DNA from: Octopus sinensis | Lineage: Eukaryota | DNA: 64,000 nucleotides | Direction of reading: 5' to 3' | NCBI RefSeq assembly: GCF_006345805.1 | Contig: NC_043000.1 | Span: 134,292,001-134,356,000, forward strand | Part shown: positions 63,234-64,000 of the stretch, piece by piece | How positions within the stretch are numbered: the stretch's first letter is position 1 | Layout: every line of letters starts with the position of its first letter | The notes under the pieces: generated by a model | What the model was told of the DNA's origin: nothing | What the model saw: the letters and a program-made list of their open reading frames with translations, nothing else | The model's database searches: none | Position numbers and translations under genes: made by a program

Positions 63234-63451
63234 CCCTTTCATTACCAACCCGGCTGAAACCAGCTCTGGCTCTGTAGTACAAATGTCTTGTTTTCATAAG
63301 TTTTGAATTAAAATTTTCCACCAAACCTTAGTCACAATTTATGTTCCTAACACTAGCTGAACGATAACTAAGTCATTTTACTAAATTCTTTGTTACATTT
63401 AAAGTAATTGAAAGAAAAGAGTATCTCAAAATAAATACAGTAACGAAAGGG
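63234..63451. mobile_element. piggyBac-like MITE with TTAA TSD, nested in a family G remnant
   Basis: TTAA 63230-63233 and 63452-63455; TIR ccctttcattac / gtaacgaaaggg (11 of 12). Confidence 0.85.
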
Positions 63452-63579
63452 TTAACGAAGTAATCTGAATGCTAAAGGATTAAAAGAATTTTGAGAGTAG
63501 TTCTAACAACCAGTGGACAATTCCTTAATTATTGAAATCATCTTTCAATAACAATAACTAAATTTACTTAGATCTTGTT

Positions 63580-63968
63580 TCTTTTACTTGTCTCAGTCAT
63601 TGGACTGTGCCATACTGGAGCACTATCTTGGAAGGTTTAGACAAACAAATTGACGCCCCAGGACTTCTTTTTTCTTTTCTTTTTTTTTAGTGTCTGCTAT
63701 TTATTCTGTAAGTCTTTCTTGCTAATGACTAAGTTATGGAGACATTAACAAACAAGCATCAGTTGTCAAGCAGTGGCAGAGGTGTCAAACACACACACAC
63801 ACATACACTATAGGCTTCTATGTAGTTTCCTTCAACCAAATTTATACACAAGGCACTGGTCGGCTCAGGACAGACACTTTTTTGCTCCACATATTATGCT
63901 GTGGGACTGAACCCAGAACCACATGGTTGCAAAGTGAGCTGCTCAACCACATGGCCATGCCCGTACCT
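63580..63968 (-). mobile_element. Family A SINE, older copy
   Basis: Colinear with the other A copies. Confidence 0.8.
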
Positions 63969-64000
63969 GTGATATAAAATTTGTTCTTTTTTTTCTTTTT

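Overview
AT-rich eukaryotic genomic DNA, packed with microsatellites and interspersed repeats. The repeat complement (tRNA-derived SINEs with CORE-like bodies, RTE-type (ATG)n tails, (TA)n/(CA)n/(GATA)n/(AAT)n arrays) is what I recognise from octopus genomes; this taxon call is an inference. I found no confident host protein-coding gene. Almost all ORF-track entries are microsatellite or SINE read-through. Recognisable protein similarity is limited to decayed transposon fragments: RTE, L1/Tx1, CR1-like and R4/Dong-like LINEs, and a Helitron Pif1 helicase. There are at least five SINE-like families (my labels A, B, C, E, F plus two other tRNA-headed SINEs), several with clean TSDs or nested in one another, plus piggyBac-like, Tc1/mariner-like and Helentron-like non-autonomous elements. 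The most interesting zone is 59.8-61.2 kb. It holds a Penelope-type minimal hammerhead-like motif, a near-perfect 138-bp-arm hairpin, and three minus-strand exon-like segments next to a CpG-enriched, promoter-like patch. Coordinates were read by eye; repeat boundaries are approximate except where TSDs, TIRs or splice sites are quoted.
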